IMG/VR virus record: IMGVR_UViG_3300046788_000132
Coordinates: 1-31,027 of that record
Direction: 5' to 3' (one strand)
From: a virus
Taxonomy: Duplodnaviria > Caudoviricetes
Length of the DNA: 31,027 nucleotides
The notes under the pieces were generated by a model. It saw nothing but the letters and a program-made list of their open reading frames with translations. It did no database searches and was not told where the DNA came from. Made by a program: the position numbers and the translations under genes. Positions 1 through 8,974 of this stretch are shown here, piece after piece; the stretch's first letter is position 1; each line of letters begins with the position of its first letter.

Positions 1-1897
1 TGGGGATGACCGTCGACTCGTCTATGCGGACGCGCTGGCCGCCGTTGAACGAGTTGGTGGACCCGCGGGCCTGGGTACGGATGATCTGGGAGTCCGCCCC
101 CAGCACGACGTCGTTCGTCACGGCGGTCGTGGGCTGCACGTTGCCGTTGCCGATGATCGTCACCGCGCCGTAGTTGCACTTCCCGGCGTTGGTCGTGAAG
201 CAGGTCGACAGGGTCGGCGTCGCCAGGAGCGACGTGCCGTCGCTGATCTCGCGGGCCGCGTTCACGTCGTACAGCACGGCGTTCGGCCCGGTGGAGATGC
301 CGATGTCCCCGAGGAAGTGGTCGTACACGCTGACGTGGGCCAGCTGGGCGTGGGTGGTGTTCGTCAGGTCCAGCACGTTGATGGGCTGGGTGCCGGCGGG
401 CTGGCCGGGGACGCCCCCACAGGTGTTGCCGCCCGCGTGGCAGTCCGCGACGCGGAGGCACGTTCCCGCACCGCAGTCCGCGTTGACCTCGCACCGCAGG
501 CCCGGGACGGTCGAGGCGTTGTCGCACTCCTGGCGGCACGAGCGTCCAGTCGTGGTGCAGGACTGGTAGGGGTCGGCCTGGTACGCCCAGAAGGAGCAGT
601 TCTCGATGAAGACGTCGGACGACAGGACGCCCGCGTCTCGGAACATCCAGTGCGTGCCGGCGCTGTTGGCGAACTGGGTGGTCTGGGTCGCGGGGTTCGC
701 GGACGCACCGAAGGACGAGATGCAGGTTCCGCCGCCCAGGCAGTCTGCGTTCGTCAGGCAGTGCGCCCCGGGGTACGTACCGACTGCGTTGCAGTACTGC
801 TCGTTCACGAAGAAGCCCGCGGACTGGTCCGCGCACAGGATGTGGACGTTGTTCGGCAGCGTGATCGCTGCGTTGTTGATGCCGATCCCAGGGGACGTGA
901 GGCCCAGCCGGCACTGCGGCGGGATGAGCATGGTGGCCCCGGTGGACTGCAGGGTGTTCAGGGCGGTCTGGACGCCAGAGCGCGAGTCAGCGCTGCCGTC
1001 GCAGAAGACGTTCGCGAACGAGTCGATCCGGATGATGCCGCTGACGTTCGACTGGCAGGTCAGGGCATCGCTGCTGGTGGTGTAGTTCATCCCCGAGCCC
1101 TTGGCGTTGCACTGGGGGGAGTGAATCTTCATCGTGATGGACTTCGAGGGACCATCCGTGATCGAGTCGACCGAGGGGCCGACCGCGGTGAACAGGAGCA
1201 GGTCCCCGGGGGCGATGGTGATGTTGCTGACGCCCGAGCTACTGTTGATGGTGAACGGCCCGGTAGGCCCAGTAGCGCCCGTGGCACCCGTCGGGCCAGT
1301 CGGCCCGGTGGCCCCCGTCGCTCCCGTTGCGCCGGTCGTGCCCGCCCCAGTGGGTCCAGTCGGTCCCGTAGGCCCTGTCGGGCCTGGGACGGTGGATGCC
1401 GCCCCGGTTGCACCCGTAGCCCCGGTTGCCCCTGTCGCGCCGTTCGTACCGTTGGTCCCATTCGTGCCCGCGGTACCCGTCGGCCCGGTGGGTCCGACTG
1501 GCCCCTGGACCGCGTTCACGGTGATGGTCGTGCGGGAGTTCGGCGCGTCGTTCGCGCATACGATCCCGGTGCCCAGGCAGTTGAGCACCAGCTGCTGGGG
1601 CAGCGGCACGCTCTGGTTGAGCACCGTGGCGTAGCCGCCACCGGCCCCGCCGGACCCCGTGCAGCGCTCCGTGCCGCTGCTGTCCCGGGCGCACCAGCCC
1701 GCCGCCGCCTTGCAGTAGATGTACTCCAAGCCCACCGGGGGGATGCCCGCCGGGGTCACCTCCGGGCAGATGACCTGGGGCGTGTCGGTCGCGCTGAACT
1801 TGATACCCGGCTTGAAGACGTAGTACCCCCCGTCGACCGGAATCTCGGTCGCGAACGCTGCGCTCGCCAGGAGCAGGATGGCGGCTACGAGCCTCAT
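1..1897 (-). CDS. Collagen-repeat, Cys-rich beta-helix fibre/adhesin-like protein with N-terminal signal peptide (3' end runs off the window)
   Basis: Missing from the ORF track because it has no stop in the window. The ATG at 1897 overlaps the upstream TGA (ATGA) and the frame is open to the left edge (>630 aa). It reads [24 protein letters not shown]..., then G-X-Y repeats, then a pectate-lyase-3-like start ([32 protein letters not shown]). Confidence 0.85.
   Translation of the reverse strand, partial: MRLVAAILLLASAAFATEIPVDGGYYVFKPGIKFSATDTPQVICPEVTPAGIPPVGLEYIYCKAAAGWCARDSSGTERCTGSGGAGGGYATVLNQSVPLPQQLVLNCLGTGIVCANDAPNSRTTITVNAVQGPVGPTGPTGTAGTNGTNGTNGATGATGATGATGAASTVPGPTGPTGPTGPTGAGTTGATGATGATGPTGPTGATGATGPTGPFTINSSSGVSNITIAPGDLLLFTAVGPSVDSITDGPSKSITMKIHSPQCNAKGSGMNYTTSSDALTCQSNVSGIIRIDSFANVFCDGSADSRSGVQTALNTLQSTGATMLIPPQCRLGLTSPGIGINNAAITLPNNVHILCADQSAGFFVNEQYCNAVGTYPGAHCLTNADCLGGGTCISSFGASANPATQTTQFANSAGTHWMFRDAGVLSSDVFIENCSFWAYQADPYQSCTTTGRSCRQECDNASTVPGLRCEVNADCGAGTCLRVADCHAGGNTCGGVPGQPAGTQPINVLDLTNTTHAQLAHVSVYDHFLGDIGISTGPNAVLYDVNAAREISDGTSLLATPTLSTCFTTNAGKCNYGAVTIIGNGNVQPTTAVTNDVVLGADSQIIRTQARGSTNSFNGGQRVRIDESTVIP
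458..793 (-). repeat. Two Cys-rich C-x10-C-xx-NADC-xxx(x)-TC repeats within the fibre gene
   Basis: [24 protein letters not shown] (722-793) and [23 protein letters not shown] (458-526). Confidence 0.8.
1256..1504 (-). repeat. Collagen-like Gly-X-Y repeat tract
   Basis: [83 protein letters not shown]. Confidence 0.95.
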
Positions 1898-2292
1898 GCA
1901 GGCCCGAGGAGTCCCGTGATGAAGATGCTCGCCGTGCCGCCCGTGAGGGCGACAGGGATTGCGAAGCCCACCCAGCGAGTCAGCACCGGCAGGTACACGT
2001 AGTCGGGGACGGTGAACGACTTCACCAGGGGGCACTGGCCGGCAACCGTGGGCGGGGACGCCTGGTCACTCAGCGAGTGGTAGACGTTGACCACCTGGCC
2101 GGTCCACGAGCCCTCGACGTTCACCTGGAACGGGACGTTCGCAGCGTTCTTCACGTTCTGCGCGACGCCTACACCGCCGGTCACGTTGGACAGGTCGAAC
2201 CAGACCACCGCGAGTTGCTGGGCGAGAGTGTTGAGCGCCAGCGTGCCGCGGACGACCAGCTGCCCCTTGTTCTGCGTGAGGTACAGGGCCAT
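1894..2292 (-). CDS. Putative virion structural protein (beta-rich, 132 aa)
   Basis: The ATG at 2292 overlaps the upstream TGA. It reads [16 protein letters not shown]...[11 protein letters not shown]..., is beta-strand rich, and lies in the tail module. Confidence 0.6.
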   Translation of the reverse strand: MALYLTQNKGQLVVRGTLALNTLAQQLAVVWFDLSNVTGGVGVAQNVKNAANVPFQVNVEGSWTGQVVNVYHSLSDQASPPTVAGQCPLVKSFTVPDYVYLPVLTRWVGFAIPVALTGGTASIFITGLLGPA

Positions 2293-2618
2293 CAGGCAAC
2301 CCCACAGGTGGTGGCCGAGCCGCCAGCGGGGGCGACGACGTTGGTGCCGACCCACTTGGTGCCGTTGCAGACGCAGGTCAGGGACACGGTGTTGTCGTAG
2401 AGGATCAGGCCCTTGGTGCCCGCGGCGCAGGTTACCAGGGGCTCCGTGGCCGGGGTCAATGGAACTTGCTTGATAGTTCCAGCGGCTGAGAACATACTCT
2501 CCAAGACGCGCTCCGCCTGCGAAGACCAGAAAAAAGCGGACGCCCCCATCACGGTGTACATGAGGATCACGGCGGCGAGCGCCCAGTGGACGAGTCCAAT
2601 TCGGAAGATGTATCGCAT
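2292..2618 (-). CDS. Small membrane-anchored/secreted Cys-containing fibre-motif protein (108 aa)
   Basis: AGGAG RBS before the ATG at 2618. Hydrophobic N-terminus (IGLVHWALAAVILMYTVMGASAFFW). C-terminal TCAAGTKGLILYDNTVSLTCVCNGTKW motif of the type seen in fibre/adhesin proteins. Confidence 0.7.
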   Translation of the reverse strand: MRYIFRIGLVHWALAAVILMYTVMGASAFFWSSQAERVLESMFSAAGTIKQVPLTPATEPLVTCAAGTKGLILYDNTVSLTCVCNGTKWVGTNVVAPAGGSATTCGVA

Positions 2619-2625
2619 GATGCTC

Positions 2626-4737
2626 CTAGTTGCAGGCCCAGGCGGGGCCGCCAATCCGCCGCCCGATGGACGTCAGCGCGCCTGCGGCGCAAGGGTTTGC
2701 GGCGGTGGTGCCGGTCACGCGGACCGAGGACCCGAAGTCCCAGGCCGGCAGCGAGCCGACGGCGATGGACAGTAGGGGGTCGATGACCAGGGTGCCGGTC
2801 GAGCCGTTGTCCCGGATCGTCGCGCCGTTGTTGTAGTACAGCTGGGTCCCCGTGACCGTGTTGTCTTCCAGGTCGATCGCGGCGACAGAGAAGTTCGCCG
2901 TGTCGATCATGTTGTTAGATATGTTGTTGTTGGCCGAGCCGGCTCCCTGGATGTACACCCCGTACTGGACGGTGCTGGGGGCAGTCAGCGTGCCCTTCTT
3001 GATCGTGTTGTTCTGGATGATGTTGTTCGCGGCTCCGAGGATGGTAATGCCGAACGGCGTGGAGGCCGGTGGCGTGCCGTGGTTGGCCCAGTGGGTGTCG
3101 GTGATTGTGTTGCCGGTAATGGTGTTCCACGCGGAGTTGTTGGAGTTGCCGAGCGCGATGCCGAAGTTCTGGTGATCGCAGGTGTTGCCCGTGATGGAGG
3201 ATATCGAGGGGCCGGCGGTCGTCACGGTCGAGATGCAGCAGTCGGAGCCGTCACGGTAGACCGAGTTCTCTACGGTGTTGTTCACACCAGAGAGTTCCGT
3301 ACCGCAGGCCGAGGAGTTCACGATGAGGTTGTTGGAGATACTGACGTCATCGACCTTGGTGAACGTCTTGATGGCGTACCCCGGGCGGAACCACTCGACC
3401 TCGTAGAGGTCGCCGTTCGTCGGCGTCAGGTCGACACCGCTCGGGTCGTACCAGCGGAACACCGTGATGACGGTGGTGGAGTTGCTAGAGTTCGCCGCTT
3501 CACCAAGGGTCATCTTGAACAGGGTGTACGAAGCGCCCACGAGCGGCGGGGCCACGGTCCGCTTGGTGACGTTGTCGCGCCAGGGGGTGAGCGTCAGGAC
3601 GGTGGCGCTGGTGCGGGTTTCGACCTGCGCGAAGCTGGTGCCGCTGCGGATCAGGTCGCCGCGCAAGGTCGTCGCCGGGAAGTTGGCTGCGCCATCCGTG
3701 ACGGTGTTGCCGCTGACGACCGTGAAGGTGCCGGTCTGGTTCACATGCAAGACGCGAATGAAGTTGAACACGGGGACGCCGCTTGCGGTGAAGGGAGCAC
3801 TCGAATCGGTGAGGGTCGTGGCGGTGTAGGAGACCGTGCCGCCCGAGTTTGTGTTGCGGGTCGTCTGGGTCATGAACCCGTGGTCGTCCCAGATGTTCGT
3901 GATGCGGAGCTTCTTGGCGGGGCCTGCGGCGTAGATGGAGTCGTAGAGGTACTCGAACTGCGTCCCGTCGATCCCCGTGTCGTTGGAGTCGTTGTCGACC
4001 CGGATGCCACGGGGCTGCTGCGTCGCCACCTCAAAGTCCCCGTGCCCGTAGATGTGGCCACCGTAGATGCGGGTCCCCGAGGCTCCGTTCACCAAGATGC
4101 CCTGGCCAGTGGTCAGGTCCAGGTCCACATTCTGCACCACGCAGTCGTGGGCGTTGCCGCGGAACTTGAGGGCGTTCGGAGTCGACGCACCCGTCAGCGC
4201 GCCACGAATGGTCAGGTCGCGGATCGTATAGCGGACGGTTGAGAAGTGGGGCTGTTGCGCGCTGCTGTCGGTGATGCAGTCCAGGGTGTTCAACAGCGCG
4301 CAGTCGATCACCGTGGTGTCGCGGCCCGACCCCTGGAAGGTGCAGTTCTGGAAGCCCTCGGGGACCACCAGCTGGGTCGCGAAGAGGTACCGGCCTGGGG
4401 GGACGAGGATGGTCCCGCCGCCTGCGGCGTTGCAGGCGACCGCGGACGCGAAGAACGCCGGGGCTGCGTCGTGCGAGCCGTCGCCCACGTTCTGTCCCAG
4501 GGTGAAGATGGGGTTCTGGACGTTGGAGGCGGGGCTGTACTTCGGGCTGTTGAGCAGCTGCAGGTTGAAGTCCATGCCGTTCGAGCGCCAGTCGCAGGCG
4601 CAGGGCTGCGGCATGAGGAAGCCGTTCGTGCCGACGATGGGCGGACCGGCCCCAGGGTTGCAGCCGTTGGGGCAGTCGGATGGCGCAGCCCAGGCGTTGA
4701 CGGCGAGCAGCAACGCGAAGAGGAGGCGGACTACCAC
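2626..4737 (-). CDS. Tailspike-like right-handed beta-helix (pectate lyase 3-like) protein with N-terminal signal peptide (703 aa)
   Basis: GGAGG RBS then GTG at 4737, giving MVVRLLFALLLAVNAWA-APSDC. Contains the GDGSHDAAPAFFASAVACNAAGGGTILVPPGRYLF motif and repeated ITGNT/IQNNT/ISNN beta-helix turns. Confidence 0.85.
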   Translation of the reverse strand: MVVRLLFALLLAVNAWAAPSDCPNGCNPGAGPPIVGTNGFLMPQPCACDWRSNGMDFNLQLLNSPKYSPASNVQNPIFTLGQNVGDGSHDAAPAFFASAVACNAAGGGTILVPPGRYLFATQLVVPEGFQNCTFQGSGRDTTVIDCALLNTLDCITDSSAQQPHFSTVRYTIRDLTIRGALTGASTPNALKFRGNAHDCVVQNVDLDLTTGQGILVNGASGTRIYGGHIYGHGDFEVATQQPRGIRVDNDSNDTGIDGTQFEYLYDSIYAAGPAKKLRITNIWDDHGFMTQTTRNTNSGGTVSYTATTLTDSSAPFTASGVPVFNFIRVLHVNQTGTFTVVSGNTVTDGAANFPATTLRGDLIRSGTSFAQVETRTSATVLTLTPWRDNVTKRTVAPPLVGASYTLFKMTLGEAANSSNSTTVITVFRWYDPSGVDLTPTNGDLYEVEWFRPGYAIKTFTKVDDVSISNNLIVNSSACGTELSGVNNTVENSVYRDGSDCCISTVTTAGPSISSITGNTCDHQNFGIALGNSNNSAWNTITGNTITDTHWANHGTPPASTPFGITILGAANNIIQNNTIKKGTLTAPSTVQYGVYIQGAGSANNNISNNMIDTANFSVAAIDLEDNTVTGTQLYYNNGATIRDNGSTGTLVIDPLLSIAVGSLPAWDFGSSVRVTGTTAANPCAAGALTSIGRRIGGPAWACN

Positions 4738-5720
4738 CCGCCCCCTCCCCAGCCCTGCTCGGAGCCCGTGGTGTCGCTGCCGGGTTCCGAACCGGGGATG
4801 AACCACAGCCGGGTATCACCCGCGACCGTGGCCTCCGTCCGCAAGTTCAAGAGGAATGTCAGGTCATCGGTAGCTCGATCGTTCCGAATCATGTCCTCCA
4901 TCTTCTTATCCCAGTAGGTTTCCTGGGCACGCACTTCGTTGCGCCACAGGCCGGCGGCCTCGACGGACCCCGCGCGCTGGGACTTCGCCATCTCGTAGCG
5001 ATAGATGTCGATGAGGACACCCGCCTTCATCAAGGCCACGTCGACCTCGTTCGGCAAGACGTCACTGCGCCTCAAGTCCCGGCTGATGGGGTACCATGTG
5101 AAGACGACCTGTTCCCGCTGGGTGGGGTACGGGTAGAACTCCACCAGGCGGCGGGCGGACTCCGGGTCCGCGCCCACGTCCACGACGAACGCGGGGCCGA
5201 ACGCCACGAGCCGCCGGGACGGATTGCTGCGCGCCGCAGCCAGGCTGGACCGGATGGGCAGATGCCGGCCCAGGCGCATGTGAACGAACTCCCCCATGAA
5301 CCGCAGGTTCGGGGGCATCTTCGTGAAGCGCTGGACGATCTTGTAGCCGGTGGTGCCGAGGCCGGACTCCGCGTACACGGACGCCAGGATCAGCTGCGCG
5401 GCGGTGGCCGACGGCAGCACGTCGATGATCTGGTACCAGTTGCGCTGCGCGCGGAAGTGGCGACCGATCAGGTCGGACGTCCACACGGGGGAGGCCGTCG
5501 CGTCGCCTACGACCGTGGCCGAGCCCGGGGTGATAGACCCGGTGCCCGTGGTCAGCGGCGCAGGTATCGTCAACTCACCCACCCGGCGAAGGTGCTTGAA
5601 CCGCGCCTGGGAGGTCAGTTCACGATACCGCTCACTAGCCCACTTGACCGTACGCAGGAGGCCGGCGTCCGTGCTGACGGCGGCCATTGCACTGCGAGCT
5701 ACGTCTTCTGCCGTCGCCAT
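4731..5720 (-). CDS. Head-tail adaptor / tail tubular-type protein
   Basis: Position after the capsid genes. N-terminal helices (LRTVKWASERYREL), EFYPYP motif and C-terminal LPNEVDVALMKAGV helix are typical of podoviral adaptors. Contains an inserted TGTGSITPGSATVVG domain. Confidence 0.65.
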   Translation of the reverse strand: MATAEDVARSAMAAVSTDAGLLRTVKWASERYRELTSQARFKHLRRVGELTIPAPLTTGTGSITPGSATVVGDATASPVWTSDLIGRHFRAQRNWYQIIDVLPSATAAQLILASVYAESGLGTTGYKIVQRFTKMPPNLRFMGEFVHMRLGRHLPIRSSLAAARSNPSRRLVAFGPAFVVDVGADPESARRLVEFYPYPTQREQVVFTWYPISRDLRRSDVLPNEVDVALMKAGVLIDIYRYEMAKSQRAGSVEAAGLWRNEVRAQETYWDKKMEDMIRNDRATDDLTFLLNLRTEATVAGDTRLWFIPGSEPGSDTTGSEQGWGGGGW

Positions 5721-5750
5721 GCGGTGAGCTTACCCCCTCACCGCGCTGTG

Positions 5751-5969
5751 TTAACTGCGCGTCAGCGGGTGCTTGTGGATGAAGCGGGCCGAGCGGGGCT
5801 GGCGGGTGCGGAGTTCGCGCTCCTCGGCTACCTCGCCCCACTCCGCGTCGCGGACTAGGTGCATGGTCCGTTCCACGAAGGGGCGCTGTTCGGCGGGGAT
5901 ATCCCGCAGACGCTTGAGGCCCCGCTTCACAGCAAGGGCCTGTTCAAGGTGGGATTCTGTCAGTGTCAT
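5751..5969 (-). CDS. Hypothetical protein (72 aa)
   Basis: The ATG at 5969 overlaps the upstream TGA. Reads MTLTESHLEQALAVKRGLKRL... and fills the gap between structural genes. Confidence 0.65.
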   Translation of the reverse strand: MTLTESHLEQALAVKRGLKRLRDIPAEQRPFVERTMHLVRDAEWGEVAEERELRTRQPRSARFIHKHPLTRS

Positions 5970-6832
5970 CAGATTTCTTCGAGGCAGAGGAACTGGGTGA
6001 CGTTGACGATGGCGACGGCTGCGCCCGCGGCCTGGGCTGCGAGGACCATGCCGAGGTTGGCCGTGGGGATGTTGGCGTCCGAGGACGTGACGCTGCCGGC
6101 GAGCCGGCCATTGACGTAGCAGGAGATGGCCCCCTGCGCGGTGCTGACTGCGCCAACGCCGAGCCCCCCGAAGTCGACTAGGAAGCCGAGTTCGATCTGG
6201 GTTGCGGCGACGAGCGGCTGACCCGCCAGGGCGCACACGTTGGTCACGGAGGTGGACGTACCCGCCTTGCGGACCTGGAAGATGAAGTCGGTGCCCGCGC
6301 CGGTCTTCGAGAAGAAGATGCCGTCCGTGGGGAAGGTGGTGATGTCGGCAGGGTCGGAGGACCCGAGGCCCAGCTGCAGGACGCCGGACGCCACGGTTGT
6401 GATGGCCAGCCGGCACGAGAAGAAGATGCGCTTCCCCGCGACGACGGCGTACGGGGTGGAGAGCGTACCGGCTGCTGCGCCCGAGAAGATGGACGCCTGG
6501 TTACCGCCGGCTGCGCCGGTCGTGATGATGAGCGAGCCCCCGGTGATGTTGCCCTGGGTGATGGTGCCGCCGTTGGTCAGGGCGTTCGAGGACAGTGAGC
6601 CCGCGATGGACGAGGCTGCGTACGGGCCGGGATACCGAGTCCCCGCCATGACTGCGTACCCGAACTGGCGGGGCTTCTCGTCGGGGCCTGCCGTGACGAG
6701 GAACGGCTGCGACTCTGCGTTGTCGCCGTAGATGCCGTTCAGGTAGGGGTAGAAGTTTCCTACCCCCGCCCCGGCGTTGATGCCCGAGGTCTGATAGAGA
6801 ATCGGACCCCGGAATGCGCTTCCACTGGCCAT
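5969..6832 (-). CDS. Virion structural protein downstream of the MCP (head fibre/decoration-like, beta-sandwich)
   Basis: GGAGG RBS. The MASGSAFRGPI N-terminus resembles post-capsid genes of this phage type. Gly/Ala/Thr-rich beta structure. Confidence 0.65.
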   Translation of the reverse strand: MASGSAFRGPILYQTSGINAGAGVGNFYPYLNGIYGDNAESQPFLVTAGPDEKPRQFGYAVMAGTRYPGPYAASSIAGSLSSNALTNGGTITQGNITGGSLIITTGAAGGNQASIFSGAAAGTLSTPYAVVAGKRIFFSCRLAITTVASGVLQLGLGSSDPADITTFPTDGIFFSKTGAGTDFIFQVRKAGTSTSVTNVCALAGQPLVAATQIELGFLVDFGGLGVGAVSTAQGAISCYVNGRLAGSVTSSDANIPTANLGMVLAAQAAGAAVAIVNVTQFLCLEEI

Positions 6833-6835
6833 GGA

Positions 6836-7738
6836 TCAGCCTCCGTTCGAGCCGTCGACACCCTTCCAGGAGCCGAAGCCGGGGACGTGCCGCTGGTACA
6901 CGGTCGCGATGGCGTTCTTGCTCCACGGATCATCGAACACGTCGAACAGCGGACGGGTCCGGAAGAAGAAGTTCAGGTCGTGGACGCCCTTGCCGGCGCT
7001 CAGTAACCACTGCTTGGAGAGGGTGAAGTAGTGGACGATCATCCACCGGAGGTCATCCTGCAGGAGGGCGTTCTGCTCGTTGTCGGCGGTGTACGGCTTG
7101 CCGACGGAACCGAGCACCTCACGGGCAACGAAGCGGTTTTCCGGAGCAACGAGCGCCATCACCGGGGCCATGAGCCTCGGCAGACCGCGGTCGTTCTTCA
7201 TGTTCTCGAAGCGTACGAGAGAATTCTGGACTCCGAGGACTGAGAAACCGATGTCGGGGGTGGGCCGGTTGCCCTGCGTCGATCCGTCGAGGTTGGTGTG
7301 GGTCACCGAAAACAGGGACTCCGCGGCTGTGAAGCCAGTGAAGCTGGTGGAGAACCCGTTGTTGATGATCGACCATGCCTCGACCTCGATCTTGTTTCGG
7401 GACGAACGAGCTAGCTCGCTGACGAGTTCTCGCATCACGCCGTACTGGTCATCTGCCCACATGGGGTAGGTGATCTCGACGGCGAGACCGAAGGGCAGCG
7501 CCTCGTAGTCCTTCGTGGAGCCGAGGATGGGATCGTCCAGAGGGAACTGCTCACCTTCCGGCATGACCCCGAGGGTCCCCAGGCCGCTGACCTGTCGGTC
7601 AGTGACGGGGTTCCACGGCATGTCGTCCACGTTGAAGTACTGGTTGAACTCCGGGGGGCGCTCTTTGCCGGTCTCGATGTACACCCGATAGAGGTCGGGC
7701 TTGAGGAACGCGGCGAACGCTGCTCGTTTGATAGCCAT
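6836..7738 (-). CDS. Major capsid protein (Mu gpT-like / HTVC010P-type, HK97 fold)
   Basis: 300 aa with motifs MAIKRAAFAAFLKPDL, EGEQFPLDD, FGLAVEIT...DDQYG, LARS, IINNGF, SLFSVTH and GFGSWKGVDGS. GGAAGA RBS. Confidence 0.9.
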   Translation of the reverse strand: MAIKRAAFAAFLKPDLYRVYIETGKERPPEFNQYFNVDDMPWNPVTDRQVSGLGTLGVMPEGEQFPLDDPILGSTKDYEALPFGLAVEITYPMWADDQYGVMRELVSELARSSRNKIEVEAWSIINNGFSTSFTGFTAAESLFSVTHTNLDGSTQGNRPTPDIGFSVLGVQNSLVRFENMKNDRGLPRLMAPVMALVAPENRFVAREVLGSVGKPYTADNEQNALLQDDLRWMIVHYFTLSKQWLLSAGKGVHDLNFFFRTRPLFDVFDDPWSKNAIATVYQRHVPGFGSWKGVDGSNGG

Positions 7739-7747
7739 GTTTCTTCC

Positions 7748-8326
7748 TTACACTCCGCTGTAGGCGGTCGCTTCGGGGAGGAACGTGAATTCCACCAGCG
7801 AAGTGCCGCTGTTGCCTGGCGACGGAGTGTCACTCGCCGTTGCGCCGACCGGGTCGATGAGCGCCAGCACCAGGCAGCAAGTGTTACCCGTACCCGATGC
7901 ACCGTCCGTGACCTTGGCGCTGTCGAGGAACCACAGGGTCGACGGGGCGTCCTTCGTGAGTCCGAAGGTCGAGCCGACGTCCGTGGCGACGAGCGCCCGC
8001 GTGAGCGCAGCGTTCGACAGGGTGCCCTTGAAGGTGAGCCCCGGGATTGCCGGGACGTAGGTGAAGTCGATGTTCGGGAAGTTACCGCTGCCGGACCCGG
8101 TGAGGATCAGGCCCGCCGACACGCCCTGTTCGCTGATACCAGCGACGCGGCCAGTCGTACGGTTCGCGGCTCGTGTACCCGAGAACTCGATCATGTTACC
8201 GGCTGCGTTTGACAGCGAGACGGGGACGCCCTTGCTGAACGTGTTGCCGGTCACACCGGCCTTCTGCGAGGGAGTCGAGTACTGACCCGACCTCCGCAGC
8301 GGCCTCATCTGTGCTGGTGCAGCCAT
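7748..8326 (-). CDS. Capsid decoration/cement-like protein
   Basis: AGGAG RBS. Immediately upstream of the MCP. FSKGVPVSL...VAGISEQG pattern. Confidence 0.6.
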   Translation of the reverse strand: MAAPAQMRPLRRSGQYSTPSQKAGVTGNTFSKGVPVSLSNAAGNMIEFSGTRAANRTTGRVAGISEQGVSAGLILTGSGSGNFPNIDFTYVPAIPGLTFKGTLSNAALTRALVATDVGSTFGLTKDAPSTLWFLDSAKVTDGASGTGNTCCLVLALIDPVGATASDTPSPGNSGTSLVEFTFLPEATAYSGV

Positions 8327-8338
8327 TCTGTTCTCCTG

Positions 8339-8974
8339 TTAGTAGCTTGCTCGCCGTGACCCGGGGGAATTGAGTCGGCGCTGAGCGCGCATGGCGCGCT
8401 GAACCTGGGTGGGGAGTTGGTCCCCAGTCGTGACCTTCGTTCCGAAGCGGTCGGCTGCGGCCAGCAGTTCGTCGCTGGGCTGGTCGGCACCGCGCTGCAT
8501 AATCATGCGCTTGCGGGCCTGTTCCTTTTCGAGGGCTTCCCAACGGGACTTGGGGATTCGCATCAGGAGGCAGTCGGCCACCCAGCGCTCGCCCGTGACG
8601 GCCATCCCCGGGAACTCGCGCCCCTCGGGCATGTCGCCCACGACGCGCTCCCAGCCCTCGGCCATGTTCCGCCAGACGAACTGACCCGCGAACTTCCCGT
8701 AGGGATCGCGGTACGTCAGGCAGTACTGGTAGTCGGGCTGCATGTTGTCGATGTGGACGTCGCCCGTGCGGGTGAACTTCTGGGCGACTTCGCGGTCGAT
8801 CTTCATGCGGTCGGGGTGGATGCCCTCGGCCTGCATCTCGTTGGCGAGTTCCTCAGCCTTCTGGGTGAGGTCCTCGGCACGCCGCTTGAACTCCTCTCGG
8901 CGGGTGTGACCCGACGGGGGAAGCTCGACGTTGAGCGGGGAGTCGGGAGTGACCCCCGGATCAGTTACCGGCAT
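8339..8974 (-). CDS. Conserved head-module hypothetical protein
   Basis: EGWERV...DCLLMRIPKSRWE pattern typical of the gene between scaffold and capsid in these podoviruses. Confidence 0.7.
   Translation of the reverse strand: MPVTDPGVTPDSPLNVELPPSGHTRREEFKRRAEDLTQKAEELANEMQAEGIHPDRMKIDREVAQKFTRTGDVHIDNMQPDYQYCLTYRDPYGKFAGQFVWRNMAEGWERVVGDMPEGREFPGMAVTGERWVADCLLMRIPKSRWEALEKEQARKRMIMQRGADQPSDELLAAADRFGTKVTTGDQLPTQVQRAMRAQRRLNSPGSRRASY

Noticed and set aside
4738-4806. ORF-track N-terminal extension of the tailspike (start 4806), and similar extensions at 18032, 18944, 9842, 14990, 19913 and 29720
   Set aside because: Most overlap upstream genes, and all lack an RBS. The downstream starts have an RBS, stop-start coupling or the repeated motif.
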